Origin: the human T2T-CHM13v2.0 reference genome, Homo sapiens
Strand: one strand, 5' to 3'
Length of the DNA: 64,000 bases
Assembly (NCBI RefSeq): GCF_009914755.1
Contig: NC_060925.1
This document shows, piece after piece, positions 1 through 64,000 of the stretch (position 1 is the stretch's first letter; the number at the start of each line of letters is the position of its first letter). Both the position numbers and the translations under genes were made by a program. The notes under the pieces were generated by a model. That model saw only the letters and a list, made by a program, of their open reading frames with translations, did no database searches and had not been told where the DNA came from.

Positions 1-336
1 AGGAAAGAAAATATAGAAAAATTTGACTTCAGTCCAGGAGACCCAGCATGCACCACATAGGAGCTCAAGAAAAAAAGGCAAGAGAAACGGAGGAAGGAAA
101 AGTATGTAGGAAACAATTCTAGAACTGAAGGCATTTCTACTTTTAAACAGTCTCGAAGTAGTACCCAATACCATGAATAATAAAAGGCCCACGCTATAGG
201 ACATCATCATGAACTTTCAAACTCCAGAGATAGAGAGAAGTTACTAAATGTCATCAGAGAAAAAAAGGCCACATACAGATCAGAGAATGAGATGGCTTTA
301 GACTTTTCAAAAGCAACAGTAGAAACTACAAGACAG

Positions 337-4985
<4,649 letters not shown>

Positions 4986-5489
4986 CCTCCCCCTCGCAGG
5001 TTCAAGTGATTCTCGTGGCTCAGCCTCCCAATAGCTGAGGTCAGATCCCTCAGACGTTCACAGCTGGGACGCCGTTCTTCCACCTTGGGCTCCAGAAAGA
5101 GCACCAAGGAGAACATTTCAGGACAGACTGTAAGGGTGGCGTGGTGTCCTGGCCAGAACCCCATGTGCGGGAGGGCTCCGCTTTGCACAGCTGTTTCTGT
5201 GGATCATGCTGGCCAGGAGGTGGGAAGGTGAAAGGAATTGTGTTCTTATCCTGTTTCCTTGGATATTTTATGAGTGACTTAGATGTGGACACAACTCATG
5301 CCTCAGGATTCTGGATGAGTAAGTGAGGAGGGATTGGTCACCGTCCATCACTGGGTGACGCGACCCCAGCTCCCCGCTCTGTGTCTAGGCCGTCTCACCT
5401 GCCCCTCCCCGGCTCCACATCTGTCTGTAGCCTGCTGACTCCACAGATCTGTCCCCCGCCCTCCCACCTGGGGAGTTTGCCCCTGGCGG

Positions 5490-6125
5490 TCTTTACGTGG
5501 CTATTCATTAAGCAGCTGAGATTCATTTGGTCTAAAATGGGGCTCCGGCTGTCTTATCCCACCAGAAATCTCTTCCTTTCCTGTCTCAGTAAATTCCCAC
5601 CACCACTCCCATCTCCCAAGCCCAAACCTGGCTGTCATCCTCACTTCCTCCTGCACCGTCCCCCAAGGGTCCCTCTGATTTAAGTATGTCTGGATTCCGT
5701 TGCTCTCCAGTGCTGTCTCCTTCTGGGTCAAGCCACTGTCATTAGTGGCACCGGCCTCCTTCCCCTGCCCCCTACTCCCCTTCCTCCCTGCTTCTCCGCA
5801 GTCCTTCCACACCGCAGCCAGCAGCATAGTTGTGGATGAAAATCGCATCCCTCACTCCCTCACCTAAAATCCTCCAGGGCTGTCCATCCGCTCAGCACAA
5901 GCCCCAGGTGCCAGCCCTTGTTCTGAAGGCTCTGCAAGACCCAGCCCAGTTGAAGTCTTCAACTTGCTCATGCCACACCCTCCCCTCCGTGCCCACCACC
6001 CCCTGCTCCAGCTGTAGTGGCCCGTTCTAGAAGACTTGAGTCCCTTTCCCACGAGATCCCCTGCACCTCGTGTAATTTCTGGCACTTAATCAGGCTCCAT
6101 AGATACTGGTGGGATAAATGAATCT
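5490..6125. mobile_element. L2 fragment (old LINE)
   Basis: Pyrimidine-rich L2-like segments ending in a tggcactt...gataaatgaat-like L2 3' terminus. Confidence 0.55.
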
Positions 6126-6687
6126 ACCTCGGACTGAATGATGGAGACAAAACATAAAATCAAAGCCGGGCGCGGTGGCTCACGCCTGTAATCCCAGCAC
6201 TTTGGGAGGCCGAGGCAGGCAGATCACCTGAGGTCAGGGGTTCAGGACCAGCCTGGCCAACATGGCAAAACCCTGTCTCTACTAAAAATACAAAAAATCA
6301 GCCAGGCACAGTGGCAGACACCTGTAATTCCACTTACGAGGCTGAGGCAGGAGAATTGTTTGAACCTGGGAGGCGGGGATTGCAGTGAGCGGAGATTGTG
6401 CCAGTGCACTCCAGCCTGGGCGACAGAGCAAGACTCTGTCTCAAAAAAAAAAAAAAAAAAAAATCCAATAAGATATGAGAGCCAATTATGTTCACAAGAT
6501 GAAACTACCAAGGATAATTGTGAATTCCTTCATTTAGATCAGGAAATTCATGTTCCTGTACAGGCAGGGAGAACCTGGCTTACTGTGAAAAATCCCTGGA
6601 GGGCTGGCAGCCAATGAGTTCATGATGTGGCCACCAAAAATCTGCCTTGGGGTGAGAGTAGGGGAGCATGAAATACTCTCAGGCTAA

Positions 6688-7132
<445 letters not shown>

Positions 7133-7242
7133 TAGGCTGAAGAGAGACGCCTTAGGGCCTGATGGGGCCGCCATCCAGTGGTCCTGTGGACTCCTCTGTG
7201 TGCCTCTAGATGGCAGCACAGAGATCGGAGTTTGACTCTTAG

Positions 7243-7621
<379 letters not shown>

Positions 7622-7659
7622 TAGAAGCTTCTAAAAATGGAAGTGCAGCTGCAGTAATG

Positions 7660-8200
7660 AAAATAGATGTTTTTAGCTGTAAGCGGCCAAAAACTCAGCT
7701 CAAACTGCTGTAAGTTAAAAAAGAAAAAAGGCTGATGAGACTGAAGAGTCCAGGGATAGACTGTAGCTTCAGGCATGGCTGGATCCAGGGAATCAAAGTT
7801 CGTCCTCAGGACCCAGGCTTGTACTGTCTGCTTTAGCCCCACTTTCCTCTGTGTTGGTCTCTTCTCAAGTTCTGCCCCTAAAGACAGCAAACAGTTGCTA
7901 GCAGCTCTAGGTAGACAGTCTGTCGTTTCTGCTACCCCAAGAAGAAGTCCCAGAGAAGCCTAGATGTCAAAACCCACTGGACTGACTTGATAGTCATATG
8001 GCCATCCTGGAATCCTATAGTCAGGGAGATAACGTGTAGTGATAGGCTGCGCCTAAGTCTCATTCCCACCTCCAAGCCAATCCCCATGGCCTGGGCAAAC
8101 TCAGGCCCCTGATTGGCTGTGTCTGAGTCTCAGGCTATCCAGGGAGCTAGGGGTGAAGTCAGCTTATCCGAACCACTTGGACTGAGTGTGTTGAGTTTTT
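7660..8200. mobile_element. MLT1-type (ERVL-MaLR) LTR fragment
   Basis: Contains GCTTCAGGCATGGCTGGATCCAGGG and CTGATTGGC motifs typical of MLT1J/K/L. Confidence 0.6.
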
Positions 8201-9256
8201 GAAAAGTCCCCAGCTCCCAGATTAAAAAAAAAACCAACAAAAACGTAAAGTTACTAGCACCCAGAAGCCTCCCATGCGCCCTTCTAGTCACTCCCCCAAA
8301 CCTGGGGTAACCCCTATTTCTTTTGCCACCATAGATTTATTAATTCTGCCTGTGTTTGTTTCTTTGTACAGTTGGAATCATGAACACATATTTTTTTTGT
8401 GGGCAGCTGCTTTTGCCCAGCTTTATGTGTGTGAGAGTCATCGATACTGTTGTGTGGACTTGTAGACTGCTCATTCTCATTGCTATATAACATTCTGCTC
8501 AGAAAGAGTATCACACATTATTTTGCCATTCCCCATTCTGTTGATGTGCATTTGGGAAGTTTCCACTTTGGAGCCATCATGAATAGTGATGCCATAGACA
8601 CTCTTGCCCGTGTCTTTTGATAAATATACATGTATTTGCATTTCTCTGGGGTGTGTACTTTGGAGCGGAATTGCTGGGTCCTAGGGCATAGGCATGTTCA
8701 ACTTTAGTAGATATTGTCAAACAGTTTTCCAAAGCAGTTGTACTGGTTTGCGTTCTTGGGGCATTTCTGAAGTCCCTGTACTCACTGGCATCTCTGTCCT
8801 GTACATATCAGAGAGCTATGGTTCTGGGCTTCATTCAGGGAAGAGTTAGGGCTGGTTGGCCACTGTGCTAGAGAGAGGTTCTTAGCCCAGAGAGACGGAA
8901 GGCACTTCCACTTTCTCCTGTCCTGTCTCACTGGTGACAGGACCTGGCATTTGATGTCCTGTGCAGACCAGTCTGATACTTTCTGTATTAGGAATGAGGT
9001 TTTCTGTGAAAGTATTTCCCTACATCCCATTTAGGTAAGGTGTAGTTGAAGACTTCATTTCCAGAGTGCTAAGGGGCAGGAGAGTGAGGGGTGTATTTTC
9101 CTGGAACCCAGGCTGTGGGTTGGAGTCCCTGGGAGCTCATGCCTCATGTGCTCATCTTGGGCCTCACCAGACTGAGTGGCCAAAGATACCCCTGACTTTC
9201 AAAGCCCATGGTCAAAGCCCATTTCATGTCATAAGTGGATTCTCCAGGATTCCTGA

Positions 9257-9529
<273 letters not shown>

Positions 9530-11158
9530 TGATCCACTGGCCTCAGCCTCCCAAAGTGCTGGGATTACAGGCGTGAGCCACCACGCCCAGCCGGTCCCCC
9601 AAGTTTTGAAACAAAAGGAAGACTTTGGCTTGGCCATTCTCAGCAAGAGGAACCCAAAGTAGGATGTGGTTTTGCAATTGGAGGAAGTGGCGACCAGCAG
9701 TGGCAGTGCCTAGAGATGTGCAGCTCTCGCTCCTCAGGGCAGCTGGGGTCCAGCTGACGGTGAGGCCTGGGCCCAGCCGGCGCTGCCACCCAATCAACAC
9801 CTGCCTTCAACCAAATATTTCTTTTCAACTGTTTTTACAAGTCTTTAAAATCCAAGAGAATGTGATCTTTAAGTAGAGAAGTCTTTGCTTAAAGAATAAA
9901 AATCATAAATCATAAAGGCAAAGATTGATAATTTGACCGCATCAACATTAAAAACTTCTACTCACCAGGCTGGGCATGATGGCTCATGCTTGTAATCCCA
10001 GCACTTTGGGATACTGAGGCCAGTGGATCACTTGAGCCCAGGAGTTTGGGACCAGTCTCTACTAAAAACATATATTTTTTTAAAGTCTCTATTAAAAATA
10101 CCAAAAAAAAAAAAAAAAAAGGAAAAAAAAAAGGGTGTAGTGGCATACGCCTGTAGTCCCAGCTACCTGGGAGCCTGAGGTTGGGAGGATCACCTGAGCC
10201 TGGGAGGTTGAGGCTGCAGTGAGCTGTGATTGCGCCACTGCACTCCAGCCTGGATGACAGAGTGAGACCCTGTCTCCTAAAACAAAACAAAACAGCAACA
10301 ACAAAAAACCTTCTACTCACCAAAAAGACACCATAAGCAAAGCAAAAAGATGACTCAGATTAGAAAATATTTCCCGCTCATTCAACCAACAAAGGAATGG
10401 AATCTAGAATATATAAAGAAATCCTACAAAGCATTAAAAAAGATTAAGTAACCCCACAGGAAAATGGGCAAAGTTTATAGTAAGTAGGCTATTTGTAGAA
10501 AATAAAGGTTTTATGGAAAATCAGGGAAATGCAAATTAAAACGAGATAATTTCATTCACATCAAATTGGCAAAAATGAGTAAATTTGACAATACCAAGTG
10601 TTGACCAATATCTGGAGATTGATCTCCATACCACAGTTCTGAGATTGCTGACGGGCACCACCGTCTTGAGGACAGTGTGGTGATATTTAGTAAAGTTAAT
10701 GGTGTGGTTATACCGATCGTAGGTTATGCCACATGTGTCTCTTGAGCACTTGAAATGTGGACAGTGTGAGGAATGGAATTTTAAAACATTTAATTTAATT
10801 TAAAATTGCTGTTGATTCATTTATTGGAATTTTTTTTTTTTTTTTTTTTTTTTTGGTAGAGACAGAGTTTTGCCATGTTGCTCAGGCTGGTCTCAAACTC
10901 AAGCAATCCACCTGCTTTGGCCTCCCAAAGTGCTGGGATTACAGGCATGAGCCACTGCGACCAGCCTTAAGTGTGTTTAGAACAAACTGGGTCTGGCTAG
11001 GAGCTCACACCTGTAATGCCAGCACTTAGAGAGGCCGAGGTGGGAGGATCACTTGAGCCCAGGAGTTCGAGACCAACCTGGGCAACATAGCAAGACCCTG
11101 TACCTCAAAAAAAAAAAAAAAAGTTAGCAGGGCATGGTGGCACAAGCCTGTAGTCTCA

Positions 11159-11308
<150 letters not shown>

Positions 11309-12139
11309 CTACTTTTCACCTGTAGATTGGATAAAATCTACATTCAGATCAAGTATTTCTGATGATAATCTAGAAATGAAATTGCAGTACACACTAAATG
11401 TAAAACACACACCAGATTTCAAAGATTCGATACCAAAATAAATGTCAAAATATCTCATTAGTAATTTTCTCTATTGATTATGTGTTAAAATGACTATCTT
11501 GTGGCTATATTGGGTTAAATAAAATACATAATGAAACTTCATTTTATCTGTGCCTTTTCACTGTTTTTGGCTTTTTTTGATTTCTTTTTTTTTTACTTTT
11601 TTCTTTTTTTTTTGAGACATGATTTTGCTGTATTGCCAAGCTGGTGTGTAGTGATCCATCATAGCATCTCAAACTCCCAGGCTCAAGTGATCCTTCCACC
11701 TCAGCTTCCAAGTAGCTGCGACTACAGGCACGCTCCACCATGCTTGGCTAATTTTTAATTTTTTTTTTTTTTTGTAGAGATGGGCTCTCACTATGTTGCC
11801 CAGGCTGGTCTCTAACTCCTGGCCTCAAGTGATCCTCCTACCTTGGCCTCCTAAAGCACTGGGATTACAGGCATGAGCCACCATGAGCCCAGCCTTTTCA
11901 CACTTTTTAAAGTGGCTTCTGGTAACCTGGACGTTACCTATGTGGTTCCCGTTGCCTTTCTCTTGGGCAACACTCAGCACTCTCCGATGAGCACAAGGGG
12001 ATGGATTCAAGAACATACATTGTAGCATCATTAAAAGTAACTAAGAAAAGTAGAAACCAGCCTTCATCTTCATCAACAAGAGAGAGGGTAAATTGTGGTT
12101 TCTTTTTTTTTTTTTTTCCTTGAGTGTTACATTTTTCTT

Positions 12140-12475
12140 TTTTTTAATTTAACTTTTATTTTAAGTTCAGGGGTACGTTGCAGGTTTGTTATATAGGTAA
12201 ACTTGTGTCGTGGGGGTTTGTCATACAGATTATGTCGTCACCCAGGTATTAAGCCTAGTACCCATGAGTTATTCTTCCTCATCCTCTCCCGACTCCCACC
12301 CTCCACCCTCAGGCCCCCGTGTGTGCTGTTCCCCTCTGTGTGTCCATGTGTTCTTATTTAGCTCCCACTTATAGGTGAGAACATATGGTGTTTGGTTTTC
12401 TTTTCCTACATTAGTTTGCTGAGGATAATGGCCTCCAGCTCCATCCATGTTCTTGCAAAGGACATGATCTCTTCT
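12140..12475 (-). mobile_element. L1PA-type 3' end fragment
   Basis: TTTTAAGTTCAGGGGTAC...CACCCAGGTATTAAGCCTAGTACCC...GATAATGGCCTCCAGCTCCATCCATG. Confidence 0.85.
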
Positions 12476-12532
12476 AATTGTGGCTTCTTTACACAATGAA
12501 ATATTGTGCAAGAGATAAAACGAATGAACTAA

Positions 12533-12754
<222 letters not shown>

Positions 12755-13101
12755 TAGTAGAGAAGGGGTTTCACTGTGTTAGCCAGGATGGTCTCGATCT
12801 CCTGACCTCGTGATCCACTCGCCTCGGCCTCCCAAAGTGCTGAGATTACAGGCGTGAGCCACCGCGCCTGGTCCCGCCTGGGTAAATCTAAAGAACAGCA
12901 CAATGAGTGACCAAAGCAGGTCGCAGAAGACTCCGTGTGTACATACAGGCTTTTTGTTTGTTTGTTTGTTTGTTTGTTTGTTTGAGACAGTCTCACTCTG
13001 TCATCCAGGCTGGAGTGCAGTGGCGCAATCTGCTCACTGCAACCTCTGCCTCCTGGGTTCAAGCGATTCTCATGCCTCAGCCTCCCGAGTAGCTGGAATT
13101 A

Positions 13102-13461
<360 letters not shown>

Positions 13462-13803
13462 CTACTAAAAATACAAAAATTAGTTGGACGTGGTGGCAGG
13501 CGCCTGTAATCCCAGCTACTCGGGAGGCTGAGGCAGGAGAATCGCTTGAGCCCAAGAGCTGAGATTGCACCACTGCACTCCAGCCTGGGCTACAGAGTAA
13601 GACTCTGTTTCAAAAAAATAAAACAAAACAAAAAACATGTATGGAAATGATAAACAACCAGACTCCAGGTACTGCTAACCTGTAGTGGAGTAGGCTAGAG
13701 GCGGGGAAGGGAGAAGGGGACCTGGAAGAGGGGGAACACCAGGTCCTTTGTGTTTGTAACATTTTGTTACTAGGGGTGGGTATGACTGGAGGGTTTGGTA
13801 TGA

Positions 13804-14184
<381 letters not shown>

Positions 14185-14200
14185 TAGTCAGAAAGTTTCA

Positions 14201-14317
<117 letters not shown>

Positions 14318-14503
14318 CTACAAAAAATTAAAAAATTAGCCAGGTGTAGTGGTGTGCACCTGTAGGCCCAGCTACTTGGGAGGGTGAGATGGGAACATCG
14401 CTTGAACCTAGGAATTTGTGTTACAGTGAGCTATGATGGCACCACTGTACTCCAGCTGGGGCAACAGAGTGAGACCCTGTTTCAAAAAAAAAAATCTATT
14501 TCA

Positions 14504-14839
<336 letters not shown>

Positions 14840-15226
14840 TCAGGGCACCTGACCAGCTGTCCTGCCATCTCCCTTCTGTGCCAGCTGGTGGCCATGACTG
14901 GCTTTCGTGGATGTGTATGTTCCTGAGGAAAGATGATTTGCTGTGCGTGCTCCTGTGGGGAGGACATGCAGTGTCTGCCTGGGAGAAGAGGCAGCTGAGG
15001 CCGTGGCCCGGAGTAGTAGGAGCCACAAGCCACCCTGGGCAGGACGAGGCCCTGAGGGAGGTGAGCTTTTTGTACCCGCAGGTCGGGAACTCACTCCTGA
15101 GCTTCCTGCTGTCCAAGGACCCCACTGTTTTCCAGGGAGTCCCTTCCAAAGGTCTCACCCAGCTCAGCTGAGGTAACTCATTTTGCCATTTCTTCATTTT
15201 TAGGACAACTGTCATCTGGGAAGTAA

Positions 15227-33710
<18,484 letters not shown>

Positions 33711-33804
33711 CTTTTTATGTTCTTTTATGTTCTCGGCTCAAAAAGAAACAAGGGAGTGTAGGTTTAAAACCAAAACAGGAGAGAAGACAAACCCCGCTCC
33801 GGCT

Positions 33805-35290
33805 GGAGTTAGTTAGAACCAGAACTTTATTGTAGCGGATACACTTTCTGACCTATCATGAGTATACACATCTGCGAAGGGAAACCGCGCGGCGACAGCG
33901 TGAGGACATCCCCTGGGCGTGAGCGTCTGTCCGCTGTCTAAACAGAGCAGCTACAGGGACGGGACATGGAGGATGGCCACACATAGCACAGCCACCAGTG
34001 TCCTCAGAACTAGCAGTCAGGGTCACAGAACAGTATTCAAAATGATTGCCCACCTGTTTTAGAAATCTAAAATTTTACATGTAACTAAGAGCAAAGTGCT
34101 ATGTGGGTTTTAGACCATGACTGTTTGTTTGCTCTCCTGCCCTACCACCAAGCAAAGCAGCAGGGCTCCTGGGGGAGAGGGATTTCAACCCCCCTGATGG
34201 CAGGGGGTGCTCTGGGGAGGAGAGAGGAGAGAACAGGCTGTTTTGGAAAATTCCAGCACTTTGACTTCGGGCCATGCGTCTCTCCTGGACGTTCTGAGTA
34301 CGGATCGCTCAGGCCTCCTGCCGTCTCCAAAAGGAGTGGTCAGCCGGTCTGCAGGACACCTCTCAGTTTCTCCTTTTACCAGCAGGAAAATGTACATTTA
34401 AGCATAAACCACAAGGCTGCACACGGTGAGACCAGGCCACTGCCCAGGGAGCTGCTGTCGGAGGAGGAGTGTGGAAAAGGGGCCAGGGACCCCGCACCCC
34501 ACACCAAATTAGGAACAGGTAGAATCCCAAAGGCAAGGCCCGGCCACTTGTAGCTACCCTGATCCAGTCTCTTGAGCAGCACAGCTAGAGGCCTGTGGCC
34601 CCCGACTCCCAGCCATACTCAGACCTGAGCAGGGGCTGGGGCGGGGCTGGGCGGGGTGGGCCTCTCCCTCTGGGGTCTGGGGAGGGAGGACCCGGCGGGA
34701 AGAGCCCGTGCTCAGAGCTCCGAACTTCACTTTACATTCCAGTCCCGGGTTACACTAGCACAAAGGACACAAGGAATCCGATTTATTTACAAAATATTAA
34801 AAAGTCAGTTAATCATCTACACAGTACCCCCCATCCTGCCATTATTTATACATGCACTAGTTTGGAAAAAATAAAAACTTTTTTTAAAAAAAGAAAAAAA
34901 TGATTACCGGGTGGGAGTGAGCATGTTTTACCCTTTGTCAACGAGCCCAGCTGGCATGGCTTTTCTGGAGTGCGAGGGGCCAGTGTCCTCTCCCCGGGGG
35001 GAGACTCCAGACACAAACGCGGGGCCTGAGGCGCTGGGAGGCCCCTGTGCGAGCCGGATGGCGGCCAGAGAGGACGTGTCAGCTCCTCGTGGGACTGAAG
35101 AGCGCGACCAGGCAGAGGGTGGGCGGGGAGCCTAGGGTCCTACACACCAAGCACAGCGACGATCGTGGCGGGGAGGGGTCTGCACACCTACTGGCCGAAA
35201 TGACTTTGTACATCGTGGACCCTTGGGACTGGGAGAACGGATGGCAGCAGAGTCTTCGAAAGCAGAAACCGAGGTGGCCGGGGGCACGGG
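33805..35290 (-). other. CLSTN1: CLSTN1 3' UTR (end approximate)
   Basis: Lies between the stop codon (35291-35293) and AATAAA at 33826-33831. Confidence 0.8.
33826..33831 (-). terminator. CLSTN1 distal poly(A) signal AATAAA
   Basis: tttatt on +; the - strand downstream reads TGTTTTGGTTTT (GU-rich). Confidence 0.75.
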
Positions 35291-61293
<26,003 letters not shown>

Positions 61294-61904
61294 CTAAAGG
61301 GAGAAAAGATAAGCCCATGTCAGTAATACAGGAAAGAATGAAGACGGAATACACTAAGGAAAAAAGTCAAAGGTGCACATATTACACATTTCCACACCAA
61401 GCTCAGCGACCGGCTTCTACGATTGCTACAGCAAAACCTAATCTTCAGGAACAAAATGTCACTTTGAATCCAACTTACCATGAACTACTGCATAATTCTG
61501 AAGTTATTAATTTAGGGATGAAATACTCCTACATGAAGTGTCCTAACACCCTCAGGGGTCATTAGGATTTTTCTTTTTTTTGAGACAGAGTCTCGCTCTG
61601 TCACCCAGGCTGGAATGCAGTGGTGCTATCTCGGCTCACTGCAAGCTCCGCCTCCTGGGTTCACCATTCTCCTGCCTCAGCCTCCCGAGTAGCTGGGACT
61701 ACAGGCGCCCGCCACCACGCCCGGATAATTTTTTGTATTTTTAGTAGAGACAGGGTATCACCATGTTAGCCAGGATGGTCTCGATCTCCTGACCTCGTGA
61801 TCCGCCCACCTCGGCCTCCCAAAGTGCTGGGATTACAGGAGTGAGCCCCCGTGCCCGGCAGGATTTTTCTTTTAATGAACACTCTAGTGACAAACCATGA
61901 ATAA

Positions 61905-62229
<325 letters not shown>

Positions 62230-62654
62230 TAGCCAGGATGGTCTCGATCTCCTGACCTCATGATCCACCCGCCTCGGCCTCCCAAAGTGCTGGGATTACA
62301 GGCGTGAGCCACCGCACCCAGCCGAACAAAAGGTTTTAACCCTTTGTTCTTGAACTGAAAAAAATGACAATATTTTTCTAATCCAAAGTACCCAACCAAG
62401 GCAACAAATATAAACCCCTCTGCTAATGGAACATCTGCTTAAATGTGAATAGAAACCAGATTCAAAACTAACTGTAGGGATGCTACAACAGTCACTGTTC
62501 TCATTACATGAAAGCTCTGTTCTACCAAGTCAATATATATCCTGCTTATAAACCCTTTACTATGGAGGAGTGGAAATGTGAAGAGATCAGGAATTTCGCT
62601 GCCCCTCAACACACTGGGCCCTCACTGGTGGCACCTTCTCTCCCCCAAAGGTAA

Positions 62655-62954
<300 letters not shown>

Positions 62955-63694
62955 TAGTAGAGATGGGGTTTCTCTGTGTTGGTCAGGCTGGTCTCGAACT
63001 CCTGGCATCAGGTGATCCGCCCGCCTCGGCCTCCCAAAGTGCTGGGATTACAGGCGTGAGCCACTGCGCCCAGCCCACGTGCAGTTTTTATGACTTGCTT
63101 CTTTTTCTTTTTTTGAGACAGAGTCTCACTCTGTTGCCCAGGCTGGAGTACAGTGGTAGCATCTCAGCTCACTGCAACCTCCACTTTCTGGGTTCAAGCG
63201 ATTCTCATGCCTCAGCCTCCCAAGCAGCTGGGATTACAGGCGCCTGCCACCAAGCCTCGCTAATTTTTGTATTTTTAGTAGAAATGGGATTTCACCATAT
63301 TGGCCAGGCTGGTCTTGAACTCCTGATCTCAAGTGATCCGCCCGCCTCCGCCTCCCAAAGTACTGGGATTACAGGCGTGAGTCACCGCACCTGGCCATGA
63401 CTTGCTTTTTCATGCAACTTTGTGTATCTAAGATTTATTCATCCTTGCTGGTATAGGTAGCTATAGTTTATTCATTTTCACTACTACCTAACAGTGAGAA
63501 TCCACGGGTCAAAACATGTAAAGTGCTTAAAACATTGCCTGGCGGAAAGAGAGCACTTAACAAATGTTTGCTATTATTACAATCATTTTCCACTGTGTGA
63601 AAATGCCATCAGTTGTTCCTGCTGTTTAAAAACAATGGTGTCATGATTATTTCGGTCCCTGCTTGCTGCTGCACGTCTACAAGAGCCTCTGTAC

Positions 63695-63910
63695 GCCTGT
63701 GCTGCCTAACATGGCAGCCACTAGCCATGTGGGGCTGTTCAAATGCAAATGAAAATTCAAGCTAAAAATCAAACAATGTGAAAAATCCAGTTCCTCAGTT
63801 ACACTGGCCAGTTCTCAAGGGCCCAGCAGCCACATGTGGCTGGTGGCTGCTGCAAGAAGACAATGGACGCAGAGTGCTCCCCTTGGCACAGCAAGTCCCA
63901 CTGGACAGAG
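63695..63910. mobile_element. MER3-like hAT-Charlie element
   Basis: GCAGCCACTAGCCATGTGG...CAGTTCCTCAGTTACACTGGCC...AGCCACATGTGGCTGGTGGCT. Confidence 0.75.
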
Positions 63911-64000
63911 TTGCTTTGAATTAGGGGTCTGCAAACTGCCGTTTCCAGAAAGTCCAACCTGTTCCTGATTTTGAAGAGCCCACACACTAAAAACAATTTT

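Noticed and set aside
5300-5330. GA|GTAAGT donor-like site suggesting an extra PIK3CD 5' UTR exon
   Set aside because: No convincing paired acceptor or promoter; such hexamers are common by chance.

Overview
Human (primate) genomic DNA, GC-rich and very Alu-dense (roughly 75 Alu copies or fragments by eye), matching the PIK3CD/CLSTN1 locus (chr1p36.22 from prior knowledge). The + strand carries all 22 coding exons of PIK3CD (PI3K p110-delta; ATG 15236, stop 31829). Spliced at GT-AG junctions they give 3135 nt = 1044 aa. About 15 kb of upstream intron precedes them, and a ~1.9 kb 3' UTR follows. The - strand carries the last 17 exons of CLSTN1 (calsyntenin-1/alcadein-alpha; 2732 coding nt, stop at 35291; exons 1-2 lie beyond the right edge), including 30-nt and 57-nt cassette exons that the ORF track misses. 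The two genes converge tail-to-tail, with candidate poly(A) signals ~140 bp apart. I see no evidence of a wholly new biological system; this is a well-studied locus. The best second-look items are: a Ser312Cys allele in PIK3CD; a GC-donor (p37-delta) and several frame-preserving alternative splice routes; RBFOX/QKI motifs next to the CLSTN1 cassettes; a near zero-spacer inverted Alu hairpin; serial Alu insertion into one target site; and a RUNX-C/EBP-PU.1 motif triad.
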